Notes under the pieces: model-generated
What the model saw: the letters and a program-made list of their open reading frames with translations, nothing else
Database searches by the model: none
What the model was told of the DNA's origin: nothing
DNA from: an uncultured Christensenella sp.
GTDB taxonomy: Bacteria > Bacillota > Clostridia > Christensenellales > Borkfalkiaceae
Direction of reading: 5' to 3'
NCBI GenBank assembly: GCA_964475885.1
Contig: CAYYYD010000002.1
Coordinates: 1 to 53,451 of the forward strand
Length of the DNA: 53,451 nt
Part shown: positions 53,002-53,451 of the stretch, piece by piece
Numbering within the stretch: the stretch's first letter is position 1
How the letters are laid out: every line of letters starts with the position of its first letter
Translations under genes and position numbers: made by a program

Positions 53002-53013
53002 TAGTAATGCGTA
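53002..53013. repeat. 12-nt direct repeat copy 1 (TAGTAATGCGTA)
   Basis: Identical 12-mer at 53182-53193; both copies are followed within 0-3 nt by CCGTT. Confidence 0.8.
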
Positions 53014-53181
53014 CCGTTGCCGATACGTAAATAAATAAAACGTTACAGCCGTCAAAACCCTTTTGCGTCGGTAACCGTAATATCCGTTCGCCTTAACAGG
53101 TCGGTCGTCTTTAAAAAAACCGTTTTTAACCTAACGACTTGTAGTTTTTTACGGCTGTTTACCTAAAAAACAACTAACATG

Positions 53182-53193
53182 TAGTAATGCGTA
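53182..53193. repeat. 12-nt direct repeat copy 2 (TAGTAATGCGTA)
   Basis: See copy 1; the spacing is exactly 180 nt. Confidence 0.8.
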
Positions 53194-53451
53194 TTTCCGT
53201 TTACAAACCGAATAACGACTTAGCAACACAAACCGTATCGCACTGCATTAAACCGCACCGTAAAATTCGCTACGCAAATTCCACCTTTTATATTGTACCA
53301 TAAAATTTGTAATAAGTAAATACATTTATAAAAAATCTTTTCAAACAAAAAATTTTGTACCCCGTTCTAAAAAACCTTATGTTATACGCCCATTATTATC
53401 GAAGATTAAATATTTATGGCATTATAAAATTACTCGGTTTGCAAAAATAAA

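Noticed and set aside
1-53451. Window-wide look for CRISPR arrays, IS or transposase genes, integrases, prophage genes, restriction-modification systems, toxin-antitoxin pairs or known defence-system domains.
   Set aside because: None was seen. The only repeat larger than a terminator stem is the 1068-bp tandem esterase duplication, which has no flanking inverted repeats or transposase.

Overview
This is a 53.4-kb chromosomal segment from a low-to-moderate GC, endospore-forming Firmicute; spoIIE and spoVT make it look Clostridia-like. I can support 45 protein-coding genes (38 on the minus strand) and one tmRNA, plus several sigma-A-type promoters, intrinsic terminators, a CIRCE operator and a TetR-type palindrome. 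The core blocks are: rnj with a YrrM-like methyltransferase and a U32 protein (RNA decay and tRNA wobble modification); serC-serA; an orphan DUF4130 gene; an orphan fused Wzz/BY-tyrosine kinase; a fused MacB-type ABC transporter; CIRCE-controlled hsp20; trkH-trkA; a TetR/HXXEE divergent pair; the conserved Firmicute block pgk-tpiA-gpmI-secG-rnr-smpB-ssrA; a Na/Pi symporter; spoVT-flippase-dusB-(CN-hydrolase-like)-trmL; ddh; and spoIIE. The pgk-to-ssrA block is interrupted by a small membrane-protein gene and by metY-metA, and it lacks gapA and eno. The region from 37.5 to 53 kb looks accessory and carbohydrate-related. It holds the Ashwell hexuronate genes uxaB-yitT-uxaA-uxaC, an AraC regulator and a GH1 enzyme. 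These are followed by a minus-strand operon of six hydrolases without signal peptides: one CapA-like protein, two tandem alpha/beta esterases that are 84% identical, two SGNH esterases and an amidohydrolase. A surface protein follows, upstream of which lies a 480-bp non-coding region. I saw no CRISPR array, IS or transposon, prophage, toxin-antitoxin pair or recognisable defence system, and I cannot point to one clear-cut novel system. The best candidates for undescribed biology are the cytoplasmic esterase battery, the YitT-family membrane protein inside the hexuronate operon, a catalytic-triad-less CN-hydrolase homolog between two tRNA-modification genes, the membrane protein inserted in the glycolytic operon, and the metY-metA insertion inside the trans-translation locus. 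All functional calls come from motifs read by eye; no database search was run.
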